Positions 1 to 12,178 of a DNA stretch of 64,000 bases are shown one piece after another (within the stretch, counting starts at the first letter, position 1; every line of letters starts with the position of its first letter). Source of the stretch: Macrostomum lignano (Eukaryota); contig NIVC01001573.1 in the NCBI GenBank assembly GCA_002269645.1, forward strand, positions 156,681 to 220,680, given 5' to 3'. A model generated the notes under the pieces. The model ran no database searches. It was given only the letters and a program-made list of their open reading frames with translations, and had not been told where the DNA came from. The position numbers and the translations under genes are program-made.

Positions 1-148
1 CTAAACTGTTTTTTCAATTGGCTTCACTTTAAAAGTTTTAACAAAAAACAATTTGTGAATCTGTTATTGAAATAATCACGCTCTCGACTTTGTTTGCGTT
101 GCTATAACAACAAGTAAACATTTTGAATTGATTTTGCAGTATTTTCGG

Positions 149-300
149 GATCTAGAACTCACTGGCGCAATCTGTTGGTAGATCTAGAACTCGCTGGTGC
201 AATCTGTTGGTAGATCTAGAACTCGCTGGTGCAATCTGTTGGTAGATCTAGAACTCACTGGTGCAATTGGTCGGTAGATCTAGAACTCGCTGGCGAGTTC
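149..300. repeat. Short tandem array, ~5 copies of a 32-bp unit (GTAGATCTAGAACTCGCTGGTGCAATCTGTTG)
   Basis: TCTAGAACTC recurs at 151, 183, 215, 247, 279. Confidence 0.85.
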
Positions 301-550
301 TTAGTAGCCCTAGAAATCATTGCGGAAGAATTTCTCGCGTGTAGATCTAAGAATCACTCTCGATAACTTGCCCAATTCCATCAACAAAGTCAGGAACCAC
401 AGGTGGGACTTACATGGCTTACATAGGACTAACAAAGAAATTTAGTCATGTTTTTTCTTGACTTCCCGCCCACGCTCAGAGCGTGTTCAATTCCAACATG
501 CTAAATTCCATTTCAAGCAAAGCCACCCGATCTCGCCCATCCAGCCGGAG

Positions 551-3500
551 ATGTCACCTTTCCTGCTGGCCGCCCGCGAGAAGAAGCCGAACGAAGACGA
601 ACAGCCAGCCGAGGCGTTCGCCGACGGCGCAGCTCCGGGCGAAGGCGGCAAGCCGCGACCGCAGCACGGAGAGATTTTGCGACGTCTGGTGCAGGCGGGG
701 ACGGACATTGACGCTGTCAACAGCGTAAGCCTGCTGGATGAAGAGGATACAGTGTGTAGACAGTGTAGCTGAGGTGATGCTTTGACAGTGTAGCTGAGGT
801 GATGCTTTGACAGTGTAGCTGAGGTGATGCTTTGACAGTGTAGCTGAGGTGATGCTTTGACAGTGTAGCTGAGGTGATGCTTTGACAGTGTAGCTGAGGT
901 GATGCTTTGACAGTGTAGCTGAGGTGATGCTTTGACAGTGTAGCTGAGGTGATGCTTTGACAGTGTAGCTGAGGTGATGCTTTGACAGTGTAGCTGAGGT
1001 GATGCTTTGACAGTGTAGCTGAGGTGATGCTTTGACAGTGTAGCTGAGGTGATGCTTTGACAGTGTAGCTGAGGTGATGCTTTGACAGTGTAGCTGAGGT
1101 GATGCTTTGACAGTGTAGCTGAGGTGATGCTTTGACAGTGTAGCTGAGGTAATGCTTTGACAGTGTAGCTGAGGTGATGCTTTGACAGTGTAGCTGAGGT
1201 GATGCTTTGACAGTGTAGCTGAGGTGATGCTTTGACAGTGTAGCTGAGGTGATGCTTTGACAGTGTAGCTGAAGTAATGCTTTGACAGTGTAGCTGAGGT
1301 GATGCTTTGACAGTGTAGCTGAGGTGATGCTTTGACAGTGTAGCTGAGGTGATGCTTTGACAGTGTAGCTGAGGTGATGCTTTGACAGTGTAGCTGAGGT
1401 AATGCTTTGACAGTGTAGCTGAGGTGATGCTTTGACAGTGTAGCTGAGGTGATGCTTTGACAGTGTAGCTGAGGTGATGCTTTGACAGTGTAGCTGAGGT
1501 GATGCTTTGACAGTGTAGCTGAGGTGATGCTTTGACAGTGTAGCTGAGGTGATGCTTTGACAGTGTAGCTGAGGTGATGCTTTGACAGTGTAGCTGAGGT
1601 CACCTGATATGAATGAAATCTGAGCTCCCAGTACCAAATTTTCATTATCAATTACCTTTTACCGCACGCAGAATGGCTACACCGCCCTGCACTACGCCGC
1701 ATTGAACGACGATTCCAACGCAGTGTACACCCTGGTGCACTTTGGCTGCGATATTTCTGCTAAGAATAATGTGAGCTTTAATTGCAACAGACCCATGGCT
1801 ACTCAATCCTCAGAAGACCCATGGCTACTCAATCCTCAGACCATATGGCTACTCAACCCTCACACCCATATGACCACTCAGTCCTCAGACCCATGGCTAC
1901 TCAATCCTCAGACCCATGGCTACTCAACCCTCACACCCATGTGACTACTCAGTCCTCAGACCCATGGCTACTCATTCCCCAGACCCATGGCTACTTAATC
2001 CTCAGACCCATGGCTACTCAATCCTCAGAAGACCCATGGCTAATCAATCCTCAGACCCATAGCTACTCAACCCTCACACCCATATGACCACTCAGTCCTC
2101 AGACCCATGGCTACTCAGTCCTCAGACCCATGGCTACTCATTCCCCAGACCCATGGCTACTTAATCCTCAGACCCATGGCTACTCAATCCTCAGAAGACC
2201 CATGGCTAATCAATCCTCAGACCCATAGCTACTCAACCCTCACACCCATATGACTACTCAGTCCTCAGACCCATGGCTACTCAATCCCCAGACCCATGGC
2301 TACTTAATCCTCAGACCCATGGCTACTCAATCCTCAGACCCATGGCTACTCAATCCCCAGACCAATGGCTACTTAATCCTCAGACCCATGGCTACTCAAT
2401 CCTCAGACCCATGGCTACTCAATCCTCAGACCCATGGCTACTCAATCCCCAGACCAATAACTACTTAATCCTCAGACCCATGGCTACTCAATCCTCAGAC
2501 CCATGGCTACTCAATCCTCAGACCCATGGCTACTCAATTCTCACACCCATATGACTACTCAGTCCTCAGACTCATGGCTACTCAACCCTCAGACCCATGG
2601 CTACTCAATTCTCACACCCATATGACTACTCAGTCCTCAGACTCATGGCTACTCAATCCTCAGTCCATATGGCTACTCAACCCTCAGACCCATGGCTACT
2701 CAATCCTCAGACCATATGGCTACTCAACCCTCAGACCCATGGCTACTCAATCCTCAGACCCATGGCTACTCAATCCTCAGACCCATGGCTACTCAATCCT
2801 CAGACCCATGGCTACTCAATCCTCAGACCATATGGCTACTCAACCCTCAGACCCATGGCTACTCAATCCCCAGACCATATGGCTACTCAACCCTCAGACC
2901 CATGGCTACTCAATCCTCAGACCATATGGCTACTCAACCCTCAGACTCATGGCTACTCAATCCTCAGACCATATGGCTACTCAACCCTCAGACCCATGGC
3001 TACTCAATCCTCAGACCATATGGCTACTCAACCCTCAGACCCATGGCTACTCAACCCTCAGACTCATGGCTACTCAATCCTCAGACCATATGACTACTCA
3101 ACCCTCAGACTCATGGCTACTCAATCCTCAGACCATATGACTACTCAACCCTCAGACCCATGACTACTCAACCCTCAGACTCATGGCTACTCAATCCTCA
3201 GACCATATGACTACTCAACCCTCAGACCCATAGCTACTCAATCCTCAGACCATATGGCTACTCAATCTACTCCCCCTAACTCCCGCACTCTCAACCGTTT
3301 CAGCGCATGCAAACTCCGCTCCACATGGCAGCTGAGCAGAACAGACTCCGAGCTGCTGAGGCTTTGCTCCTCAGCGGAGCGCCGTTAAACATTGCCGACA
3401 AGGTTACCGAAATGCCTCACGCATGCTGCATTAACCATCTGAATTCTGTCTGACTGACTCGCTGTCACCTCTTGTCAACACATTGCAGACGGGCAAAACG

Positions 3501-6500
3501 CCGCTGGTTTTGGCCACCCAAGGCGGCTGCATCTGCATCGTGGACATGATCATCAAGGCTGAGCGGCATCGCGAGAAAGTTCAACGGGTTCTAAAAAATG
3601 TCAGTAAAGCATTGCAACTTTTTCATTAACTTGCTGCCTCTCCAACGGGAACCAAAGCAGAAGGACGCTGTCACGAGATAGAAGAGATTGAAACAACAGA
3701 AATTTTGCCCCGGAACTTTGCTTGCTTGCTTGCCGGTCTCCGGTAGCATTTCATGGAAAATTAGCTTGATAAACTTGCAATTCAACCTCAGAAAAACGAA
3801 ATACTTGTTTATTAATGTTAAAATGGAGTTGCTAAGATTTGAAAGCTCAATGGAAAATTCTCAAGTGGAAAAAAGTCAAGGGAGTTTAAGTGCAACCGAT
3901 GTCAACTTTTGTCCAAAGTGTTCCCCAAATGTCCGTAAGTTATAAAAACCAACAGAGCAAAATAACAGGCCAGTACACTTGTCGCGTACAGCCAGCCTTT
4001 AAAGATTTCCCAAGAAACAAGGAGCTCCATCCTTCTAAAGTTGGTCCTTGCTCATTGTTAGAATCGCACGCAACCTCAAGCTGCTACTCTTCTGCACCAA
4101 CCAGGAGCCAAATCAGTGGGATTCGGCAGCACAGGCCGATCAACTGGACGCTGCTGCTGCTTTCACTCCTGACGGCTACGAGAACCGCAGCAACATCAAC
4201 GAGTCTGAGAACATCGACGACGAGCTTACGGAGAGCTTCATCTTGGAGAACGGCACCGCTCCGGCCTACCGCCTGCGCGAGTTCAACCAGCCGTACGCCG
4301 ATGAGTTCAAGTTGTTCCTCTGGAAGCTGGCCTTCGATCACCTGCGCTACGGAGAGTGGAAGAAGCTGGCGCTGTTCTGGCGCTTCCGGCTTGACCACAT
4401 CACTGCCATTGAGCAGCAGTACTCAGGTGCGGATTCTGATCAAAAGGAATGCAGTAGAAGCAGAGCTTAGTTTGGTTGTAAAGACAATTTAAAACACTAA
4501 ACAGTCTACCGTTAATTCGAGCAATGCAAAGTGAAGTACATATGCTTATCCGGCTTGCGCTAGCACAGTTGAATGGGCTCCTCAACGAACTAAGGATAAC
4601 GAACAAGGCGTCCGGTCAGCGTCAGCAGATCCTGCCGGGCTCAGTGGGTGGTTGGGAGGGCGGTTATTATCCTACGTCAGGCTTGGGTTTCTATGTTTAT
4701 GTGAAGAAAATATCGGACTCAAAGTCAGGCCATCCCGGTAGTTAGGGATTACAGGGTAATTGGCTGGGCTGGGCACTCGAATAAACGAATAACTGAGAGA
4801 AGAAGAAACATTCCTCTCTCACGGAAACAAGGGTGAGAAAGCCCGTACTCATATAGGCTGGGAATCCCCCAAATGCGACAGTTTGCGCAAGACCGCATGA
4901 CTCAGTATCTATTTTTAGAAACTGACGTCATCTCCCGCCTTAGAGAAGGCGGGGTCCCGGGGCACGTGATTCCCCGTAAACATGAGCCAAACAGTGCAGT
5001 AAACATATTTACTGCCCTCTTGGACTTCAAGACAACAAGGCTTGTCATGGGACTAGCTCACGTGACAAGGGCAAAACAGGCTACCACCCGTGACCTCTGA
5101 AATGGAGCGAAGGAAGAGCAGACCACAGCAGAGAAGCCCGTGGCTGCAAACGATAGTGTAGAGCAAGGGAACGGAGGCGGTAACAGGCAGATCAAAAGAG
5201 GAGAGGCAAGCTGCCCAGCGGCAGACAGCAACCCAGGGCGAGGGCAAGGGAAACTGCTGACAATAGTGGAACGCCTAACAGCTAAGAGCTAAACTAGCGG
5301 CTTACCACAAAAGAAAAGTGTTGTTATTTTTCTTTATGAACGCTCAACGCCTCTGACATACATGTAGCTCACAATTCTCTCGAAACCATGAAGTGCATTA
5401 CACGAACGCAATGGTTGTGTAGCGTTTAGACAGACCAAGATTGTTGAGAGTTGGCACATCAGTTAATCGAGCGCGTTCTTGTCCAGAGTGCGGTTCAACC
5501 CTGCTGCAAATTTCTGTGATGTCTCTGATCAACCTCGACAATGTGCAAACGTCAACTGCTGGACATCCTCATGTAGTCTCTCATGCATTCCGTCAGCAAC
5601 CCGACGCTGTGGGCACCTTTAACAGATGGCCCCAGGTAACTTATGGACTAGCTAAAGATGTCCATCAGCTGAGGTTTGCCCACTGTCGAGGCTTGATCAG
5701 CGAAACTAGAGAAATTTGTAAAAATGTGTCCATATAGTCACCTGGTGCCACCTGCTGAAGGTCCAGAAGCTCCGTCCAGGTGAAGGCCAATGAACAACGA
5801 AGTCAGAGTTGATGCAGGCAACGTGTGGTCGACGTGCTGATAAAATTTTGAGGCTAATTGTCTGCACTGAGGCGCAGTGCTTATTGGCGCACGGGGGTGT
5901 ACACTGGCGCTTATGAGAAAAATTCGACCTTCTGGCAGAATCCTTGAAAACTCTAAAAATTTTGTTTATGGTCCGAAGTTCACAGATCATGGACATTTCA
6001 ACTGTCAAGTATATTCTGGACATTGGTGCCTGGAAGTTTCTTCCATTAATATCAACAATATTAAACATAACATTTGGCAAGACATCATTGTAGAATTTTG
6101 AGGGCTCTAAAAGGTAATGAATGTTAACTTCGAGAGTGGCCACCCATTTAGTGCTTTCGCAGTACAAATACAACCAAACAATCGGAGAGATCCATGATAC
6201 AGGCAAATGAGATTTAGTGCCGTGATATTTAGTCCGTAGTAGCAGATGCTGTAGTACTTACGAATATACGGTCGTTGTACTTGTACGCTCGTAGTTGTAG
6301 CAGTTGTCTCAAAAGTCTGATTTGTACGAGTTATTTCCTCATTATGTAACTACTCTAAATCAACGAGTCAATTTGATTAATAAACACAATAAGCATGGTT
6401 CACAAAGTCCCTAATGACAGAAATTTCCCAAACTTACGCAGACGAGAAGAGCTACAAGCAGCACGGATACCGAGTCCTGTGCATTTGGTTCCACGGCATC

Positions 6501-6659
6501 GGCTGGGACACTCCGATCCGCGGCCTGTACGAAGCTCTGGTGCAAATTGACAGGCGGTCACTCGCCGAGCGGGTCAGAAAGAAGCTGGACCGCTCGGCTG
6601 AGTACTATTCTGCCGGCAGGAAAATCCATCACGAGGGTCGAAGCTGCACTATTCAGTAG
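551..6659 (+). CDS. ANKDD1: Ankyrin repeat and death domain-containing protein (ANKDD1A/B-like). Exons ~551-724, 1672-1770, 3304-3402, 3489-~3587/3599, 4105-4426, 6442-6659; the 5' end may lie further upstream
   Basis: Phase-0 99-nt exons each encode one ankyrin repeat (NGYTALHYAALNDD..., RMQTPLHMAAEQNR..., TGKTPLVLATQGG...IVDMIIKAER). The C-terminal death domain (LWKLAFDHLRYGEWKKLALFW...AIEQQYSG|DEKSYKQHGYRVLCIWFHG) matches my recollection of ANKDD1. GT-AG junctions are in frame. Confidence 0.85.
761..1605. repeat. Intronic minisatellite, ~33 near-identical copies of 25 bp (CAGTGTAGCTGAGGTGATGCTTTGA)
   Basis: Direct 25-bp periodicity; fills the intron between ankyrin exons. Confidence 0.97.
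1788..3268. repeat. Intronic minisatellite, ~23-bp unit family (GACCCATGGCTACTCAATCCTCA and variants)
   Basis: Direct periodicity with several variant units; accounts for the repetitive ORFs in the track. Confidence 0.95.
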
Positions 6660-7035
6660 ACTGTGACGTTCTTAAGCTACATGGGTTCAAATCAAAAACC
6701 TTAAAAAAACCTTTCAAGTTTTCACTGTTCTGAGAAACCCAGTGTCCTGTCCTTATACTTGAGTCATAATTTTAACCTGCCTTGGGCGAATTCCAAAACC
6801 TACATTCGCACAGTTTTCATTATATTGTTTGAAGCGAATTGTCCTTAAAACAATACTTTTGTTGTAAGCTAATTCGGACTACTCTAAGATCGAAATTCAT
6901 ACACACACTTAAAGCTTTGAAGGTGCATGTCCGTGGTGGAGTGGATACAGAATATTGTATATTGTAAATATAATCCTTTCTGAGACGAAACGATTTATTC
7001 TTCAACATATTCTTCACAACACATTCTTTACAGCT

Positions 7036-7370
7036 AGGGTTGCAGCCTAGTGGTTAAAGCGTCGGACTCAGACGACTTGAAGGTCGGGGGTTCGGTTCTA
7101 GACTCAATCGGGACAATTTGTGTCCTTGATCAAGAAACTTAACTCTGCATTGCTTCAGTTCATCCAGCTGTAAAATGGGTGCCAGCATTAGCTGGGGTAA
7201 TTGAAGGTGTGTGTGGTGACCCCCCCCCCCAGTCCTTGGACTGAACAGCCGAACGCAGCCTTCAGATGCCCCGCGAAATAGCTGCGGCTGAGCTGTCGGT
7301 TGCACATCTGCCCATTAAGGCAGGTGCAATCAATTACTTGTATTATTATTATTATTATTATTATTTATTA
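7036..7370 (+). mobile_element. tRNA-derived CORE-type SINE, copy 1, with (ATT)n tail
   Basis: A-box-like TAGTGGTTAAAGCG and B-box-like GGTTCGGTTCT. Central GTGTCCTTGATCAAGAAACTTAAC...CAGCTGTAAAATGGG resembles the MIR/CORE domain. Three further copies occur in the window. Confidence 0.85.
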
Positions 7371-7504
7371 CTAAGCAAAACAGAGAATTTAAATAAATTA
7401 GAAAAAATAATTTAACATAATTTAAGTTTAATTATTCGAGCTTGAGTGTTTTCTCACAGGCAATCCAACAGCAACTCTACGTGAGTATTAAAAATTCTAC
7501 TGCC

Positions 7505-7797
7505 CTCAGCCGTGACTGCAGTCACCTGGACGGGTCTCCTGGGAGCAGCGGTGGAGAAGTCGGCGCTCCAGACGGCGGACATCAGACAGAGCTTCGTCTC
7601 CGACTAGAAGGCGAAGGCCGCGCAGCCGCAGGGCTGACGGATGGCGCAATCGGTGGCGCGGTCGGACTGGCTCTGGCAGGCCGATGGTGTAACTTCAGCG
7701 GGCTAAATCCGGCATAGCCAAGAGTAGAGCGCTATAAAATACACTCACGTGACGATTCAGCAGCAGCAGTGGCATACACCGCAGAGCTAATGATCAT
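7505..7797 (-). pseudogene. Degenerate fragment of a signal peptide + PAN/Apple exon paralogous to the FReD genes at 10115 and 12179
   Basis: Translates ...CAIRQPCGCAAFAF*SETKLCLMSAVWSADFSTAAP, against CGCAAFAFVPETKLCLLSAVWGADFATAAP in the intact copy. It has an in-frame TAG, an out-of-phase acceptor and a donor GTGAG changed to CTGAG; no FReD exons follow. Confidence 0.8.
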
Positions 7798-8579
7798 AAA
7801 GTAGCGCAGGCTATGAATCATAAGATCGTATTGGTGAAAAGTCTAGTATCATTTTTCTGCGACTGTTTGGTTTCAAAGTTTCAGACCAGAGTGGATATTT
7901 GAGAAGTTTCCAGACCCATCAGACTGCCTGGAGGAAATGGCTTCTCTAGCTCCTGATCGGAAGCATGTGAAAACCCATGGTCCATGCTTTGCGAGTACTG
8001 GCATTGAGAGTAACTTAGTTTCTTTGCTGACGATTGCGAAAAGGTGAAAGGTGTCTTTTTTCACCAATCTCTCGTCGTTGGAAGGTTCGATTCGGCGATT
8101 GTCTTGGTCTAGCATCGGAATTTTCGCCACCACGTGCTGGAACCTCAGGTTTGGACTCCGATGCGGTGGCTTCCACATTGATTTTTCGATCCAGCTACTG
8201 GTACAATTGAAAAGGATGAGGATGAACTTTCCTATTCAAGCCATTGTCTCTGCAGCTCAGCTGCTGACACCCAACCGAGTGAGGGAAGCGCAACCTCCTG
8301 CAGATCCCGACAAGAAACTCATAGCTTTATGCAAGAAACCATACGCTGAGGCATTTCTCTGCCCATTCCGCTGACTACTGAGCTTGCACAAGTTCTCGGT
8401 TACCTCAGTCAGACATGTACACTCTCTGTACTTTCCAGGTTGGCCCTCATGGTTCTGGTTTGGATTTTGGTAGTTCAGGAAGCCTATTGGAAGACCAAGA
8501 CTCCAATGTGTAGTCTTTTTTAGCCTTACCTCAAATTTTGATAAGTTAGACTAGACGAGCTGATTGATGCTTCCTGGAA

Positions 8580-9342
8580 CTAACTAACTAACTAAATAAG
8601 TAAATCTGGCGCCTCAGCCATTGAACAGGCTCTTACGCCACTAGAGAGATATAGGTTCCAAGTTGGGAGTGTACTAATGCACACTTAAATCCTAATTAGA
8701 ACTAAGAGGACTGTACATCGAGCCGGGAAAGCGGCGTCAGTCAGGCCAAGAGCGGGCCCTACCCCCGACCCTCAGAGCGTACGCCTACTCCAAACCCAAT
8801 TGGCTTATCTAAGCCTCCCCGGGGCTGGCAGGGTTAAGTGAACCTCGGGGGCAGCCCGTGCCTTCTCCTGGGTTAGAAAATGCCAAAAAAGTGGTCCGAA
8901 GACCTCCCCACGGCCGTGGCTACCCGGAGGAGTCTCCCTATCTACCAAACCCCGGGTACTCTTGCCAAGACAGTATCTTATCTTTGAAGCGGCAGGAGGG
9001 CTAATCGCCGGGACTATTTCACCCTTTGCTTCGCCAACCCACCATTTCTATAGTGACCGTGCCAACGGTCCCGTCCTGCTCAGACTCAGTCCTGGTTCTG
9101 GCACACTCCAGCTTTAATAGGGTCGCTGGCTGTTCGCTCAGAGGGCACTCCGAGGGGGACCGTCAAAGCACCAACTGGAACAGGTATAGGCCTGCTTTCC
9201 TATACAGCTACCCACAGCCCTTCCTGATCCACTATTACCCTCCAACCCAGCCTACTAACTCATTACAAGCTTTCAGCCAGGCGGAGACAAGTTTCACAGG
9301 AGTACTGCGGTTAGGCGCCTCTATGCGAGACAAAACCATAAG
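8580..9342 (-). mobile_element. Unclassified 5'-truncated retroposon fragment with (TTAG)n tail, flanked by a 41-bp direct repeat
   Basis: TGATAAGTTAGACTAGACGAGCTGATTGATGCTTCCTGGAA occurs at 8539-8579 and 9343-9383. The insert ends (minus strand) in TTATTTAGTTAGTTAGTTAG. Confidence 0.65.
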
Positions 9343-9612
9343 TGATAAGTTAGACTAGACGAGCTGATTGATGCTTCCTGGAAAGTCCAGCTGGTCTTCA
9401 CTAATAGGAAATTTAACAACGCCTTAGCTAACTTCCTATTAAAAATTTCTGGAGCTGAAACTACTAAAAGTAGCATAAAAGCTAATCTGCGTTACCCCCT
9501 TAAACAATGCCCTACTGCAGAACCAAAACTGAAAACAGCTATTATTTGTATGAATATTAGAAGTTAATATATGCAGACATCGCGGGTTTAATGCTTGAAA
9601 ACATCTTATTTA

Positions 9613-9913
9613 ACAATAATAATAATAATTGATTACACCTGCCCGGGCAGATGTGCAACCGACAGCTCAGCCGCAGCTATTTCGCAACGCATCTGAAGGC
9701 GGCGTACGGCTGTTCAGTCCATGGAATGGGGGGTCGCCGCACTCCCTCAATTACCCCAGCTAATGCTGGCACCCATTTTACAGTTAGGTGAACTGAAGCA
9801 ATGCAGAGTTAAGTGTCTTGCTCAAGGACACAAATTGTTCCGAGTGAGTCAAGAATCGAACCCCCGACCTTCAAGTCGTGAGTCCGACGCTCTGACCACT
9901 AGGCTACAACCCC
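9613..9913 (-). mobile_element. CORE-type tRNA SINE, copy 2
   Basis: Reverse complement of the 7036 element: GGTTCGATTC B box, CORE block and ATT tail. Confidence 0.85.
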
Positions 9914-10114
9914 TAAGTCCTATTAAAACTTGCGTTAAAAGTTGTAACATCTATAAAAAATTAATATGCTGGTACATTTGACATTATAAAATTGTGATAT
10001 GCGTGGAATAATAGAAAAAAGAAAAGAAAAATATAAAGAAATCTTAGCGATTAGTTTTAAAGTATTCGGCAGTATCGATAGTTGTTCGACAGTTGATCCA
10101 ACTGTTGGATATTT

Positions 10115-11249
10115 TTAGGCAACCTGCAGCAGGAGTCGAACGCTCTTGATCGCAGCTAGGACTCCATATGTAGCACCCGCCCAAATCATTGCGGTAGCAT
10201 CAACCTCATCAGACTGGCGATACTTCCCGTTCGGATTCATCTGGGCGCAGCCGTTGAACCACCAGCCGCCGTTGCCGCTAACACTGGAGCAGGAAGAGTT
10301 GTCCAAATTGTCGTTGTCGCGGTCCATGGTGGAGAACTGCATGCCCTTGTGAACGGTGAGCGAGTCGCTGCTCATGTTGGAGCTGCCATTCAAGTACGAG
10401 ACGAAGTTCATGGTGTAGTTGGTGCTGGCATCGCCTACGGTGAAGCCGGAGTACTCAGCGACGAAGAGGACATCCGACCAGGTGACGGCCTCGACTCTCA
10501 GCAGCTTCGGGCTGCTGCCGGTGACATTATGAAGTTTTTGCAGACCTTTGAAATGTTTAGTGCAGGCATAATTTCAATAGCAGTTTCAGACAATCCGGAT
10601 GCTCAATGCACAGAACTGCACCAGCTACTCACCCAGCCAGACATCCATCCCATCTTGAAATCCAACTTCATATTCGGTCCACGGGCGAGCGAAGCTCAGA
10701 GATCCACAAACTCTCCGCTGCATTATTAGAAAGCTTCTATTCCCAACTTGCACTGGAGATGCCGAAATAGAAGTGCATGGATGCGAATCAATGAGCTTGG
10801 AATTGCAGTACAAGTATTATAAGTTCTACTCACCCCGTGACTGCAGCCGCCTCCGATGGACGGGTCTCCCGGGAGCAGCGGTGGCGAAGTCGGCTCCCCA
10901 GACGGCAGACAGCAGACAGAGCTTCGTCTCCGGCACGAAGGCGAAGGCCGCACAGCCGCAGGGTTGAAGGCTCGTGCATTTGGCGGCGCAGTGGATGGCG
11001 TTGCGGCCGGTCAATGACGTCACTACAGCGGCTTCCACTGTAGACGCTGGCTGAATCGAGAACTCGAGCCCTGATGAGAACAATTCGGTTTATCTCCTAC
11101 TTCTGCTTGAGCAAAGAACGCGGAAGAGATTTCGGTTTCTAAGAAGTTTCCATAAACAGGCAAAACCTGCACTTCTTACTTGTATTTGTCGATTCAGCCG
11201 CTGCGACGCACATAATTACGATCAGTTTTATGACGAGATTCGAGCACAT
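10115..11249 (-). CDS. Secreted PAN/Apple + fibrinogen-related domain protein (~285 aa). Exons 11249-11180, 11070-10834, 10752-10633, 10545-10115
   Basis: Signal peptide MCSNLVIKLIVIMCVAAAES; PAN-like CAAKC...CGCAAFAF...C; FReD motifs MQRR, FARPWTEYEVGF, WLG, FSTMDRDND, GGWWFNGC. All introns are phase 1 and the total of 858 nt is in frame. Confidence 0.88.
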
Positions 11250-12178
11250 GTTGTATAGCCTTGATGGGAGTTGAACAAGACAGTCACAGGCAATCTAGAA
11301 GCAGTAGACTTTATATACGAGGTAAACTGACCGAAAAAGTTTCCTAGGGCTTCTATTATAGCAGTATCATATAATAGCAAAACAAAATGTCGCTATGGCA
11401 ACACTTCATTATTTTACGCGGACACACCAACTCTGATAACTCTGTTTACCTCGCTACTCTGCGTAAATGTAATTTGTGAACAAACTAAACTGAAAATTGC
11501 CATCAAATCTTGTGGGAACCCTCATTATGTAATTGCGTAAAGAGTGGCAGTAAGGGAATATTTATTCAAGTAATTAATTTGCAATCTTCAGTGCATTAGT
11601 GCCTGTCTCCAGCCCAACCTTATTGGCTTATCGAAGCAAATTAGCTAGTAAATTGTTTAGCACAGCCTAGCAACCCTTTGTTCGCCCTGACTGACTGAAC
11701 CCGATCACAATGGCCTGAGAATGCTCTTAATGACGAAGTAGACTTGAGTACACTACCGGTACATGAAAGTGTACTCAATACATAAAAGCAAATTATGAGC
11801 ACCTACAAATAAAATTTTATGTTATCTTCATTGTGAAATTCTCAACCAATCTGGATGAAGAATTCATTGTGACAGTTATGTACAGATTTTGCCCCAAATG
11901 TAATCGAAGTAGTCACACGTATTGTTTGCTATTGAACAACTTTTTTTCCTTTTTTCTCCAAGCATGCATAGAGTAGATTTATCATTTGTTCTACTCTACC
12001 AAAGTAGAGTAGATAGAGTAGAGTATTCAGCCAAAGAAGTTCACAAATCCTCACGGCAAAAAACAGTAGAATACATTCTGAGCTCTTCACGCTGGGTCAA
12101 GAAAAATTATGCACGGCCAAGCTTCCAGCAAAAATAAAGAGGCATTCATATTTCTGTCAAATCTCAGGGAACTCGAGT

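Noticed and set aside
4560-5400. Possible LTR or TE segment in the last ANKDD1 intron
   Set aside because: It looks inserted, but I found no TSD, terminal repeats or protein motif, so it cannot be classified.
5990-6060. SAM-methyltransferase-like motif (TVKYILDIGAW) on the + strand
   Set aside because: The frame is short and bounded by stops, with no glycine-rich continuation or other motifs; probably chance or an unrecognisable TE relic.
7036-7110. tRNA genes here and at 35368 and 44842
   Set aside because: These are degenerate tRNA-like heads followed by SINE bodies and tails; they are classed as SINEs.
7873-8374. Possible hAT transposase remnant
   Set aside because: Only vague similarity (KLLSMPV); no diagnostic motif or TIR.
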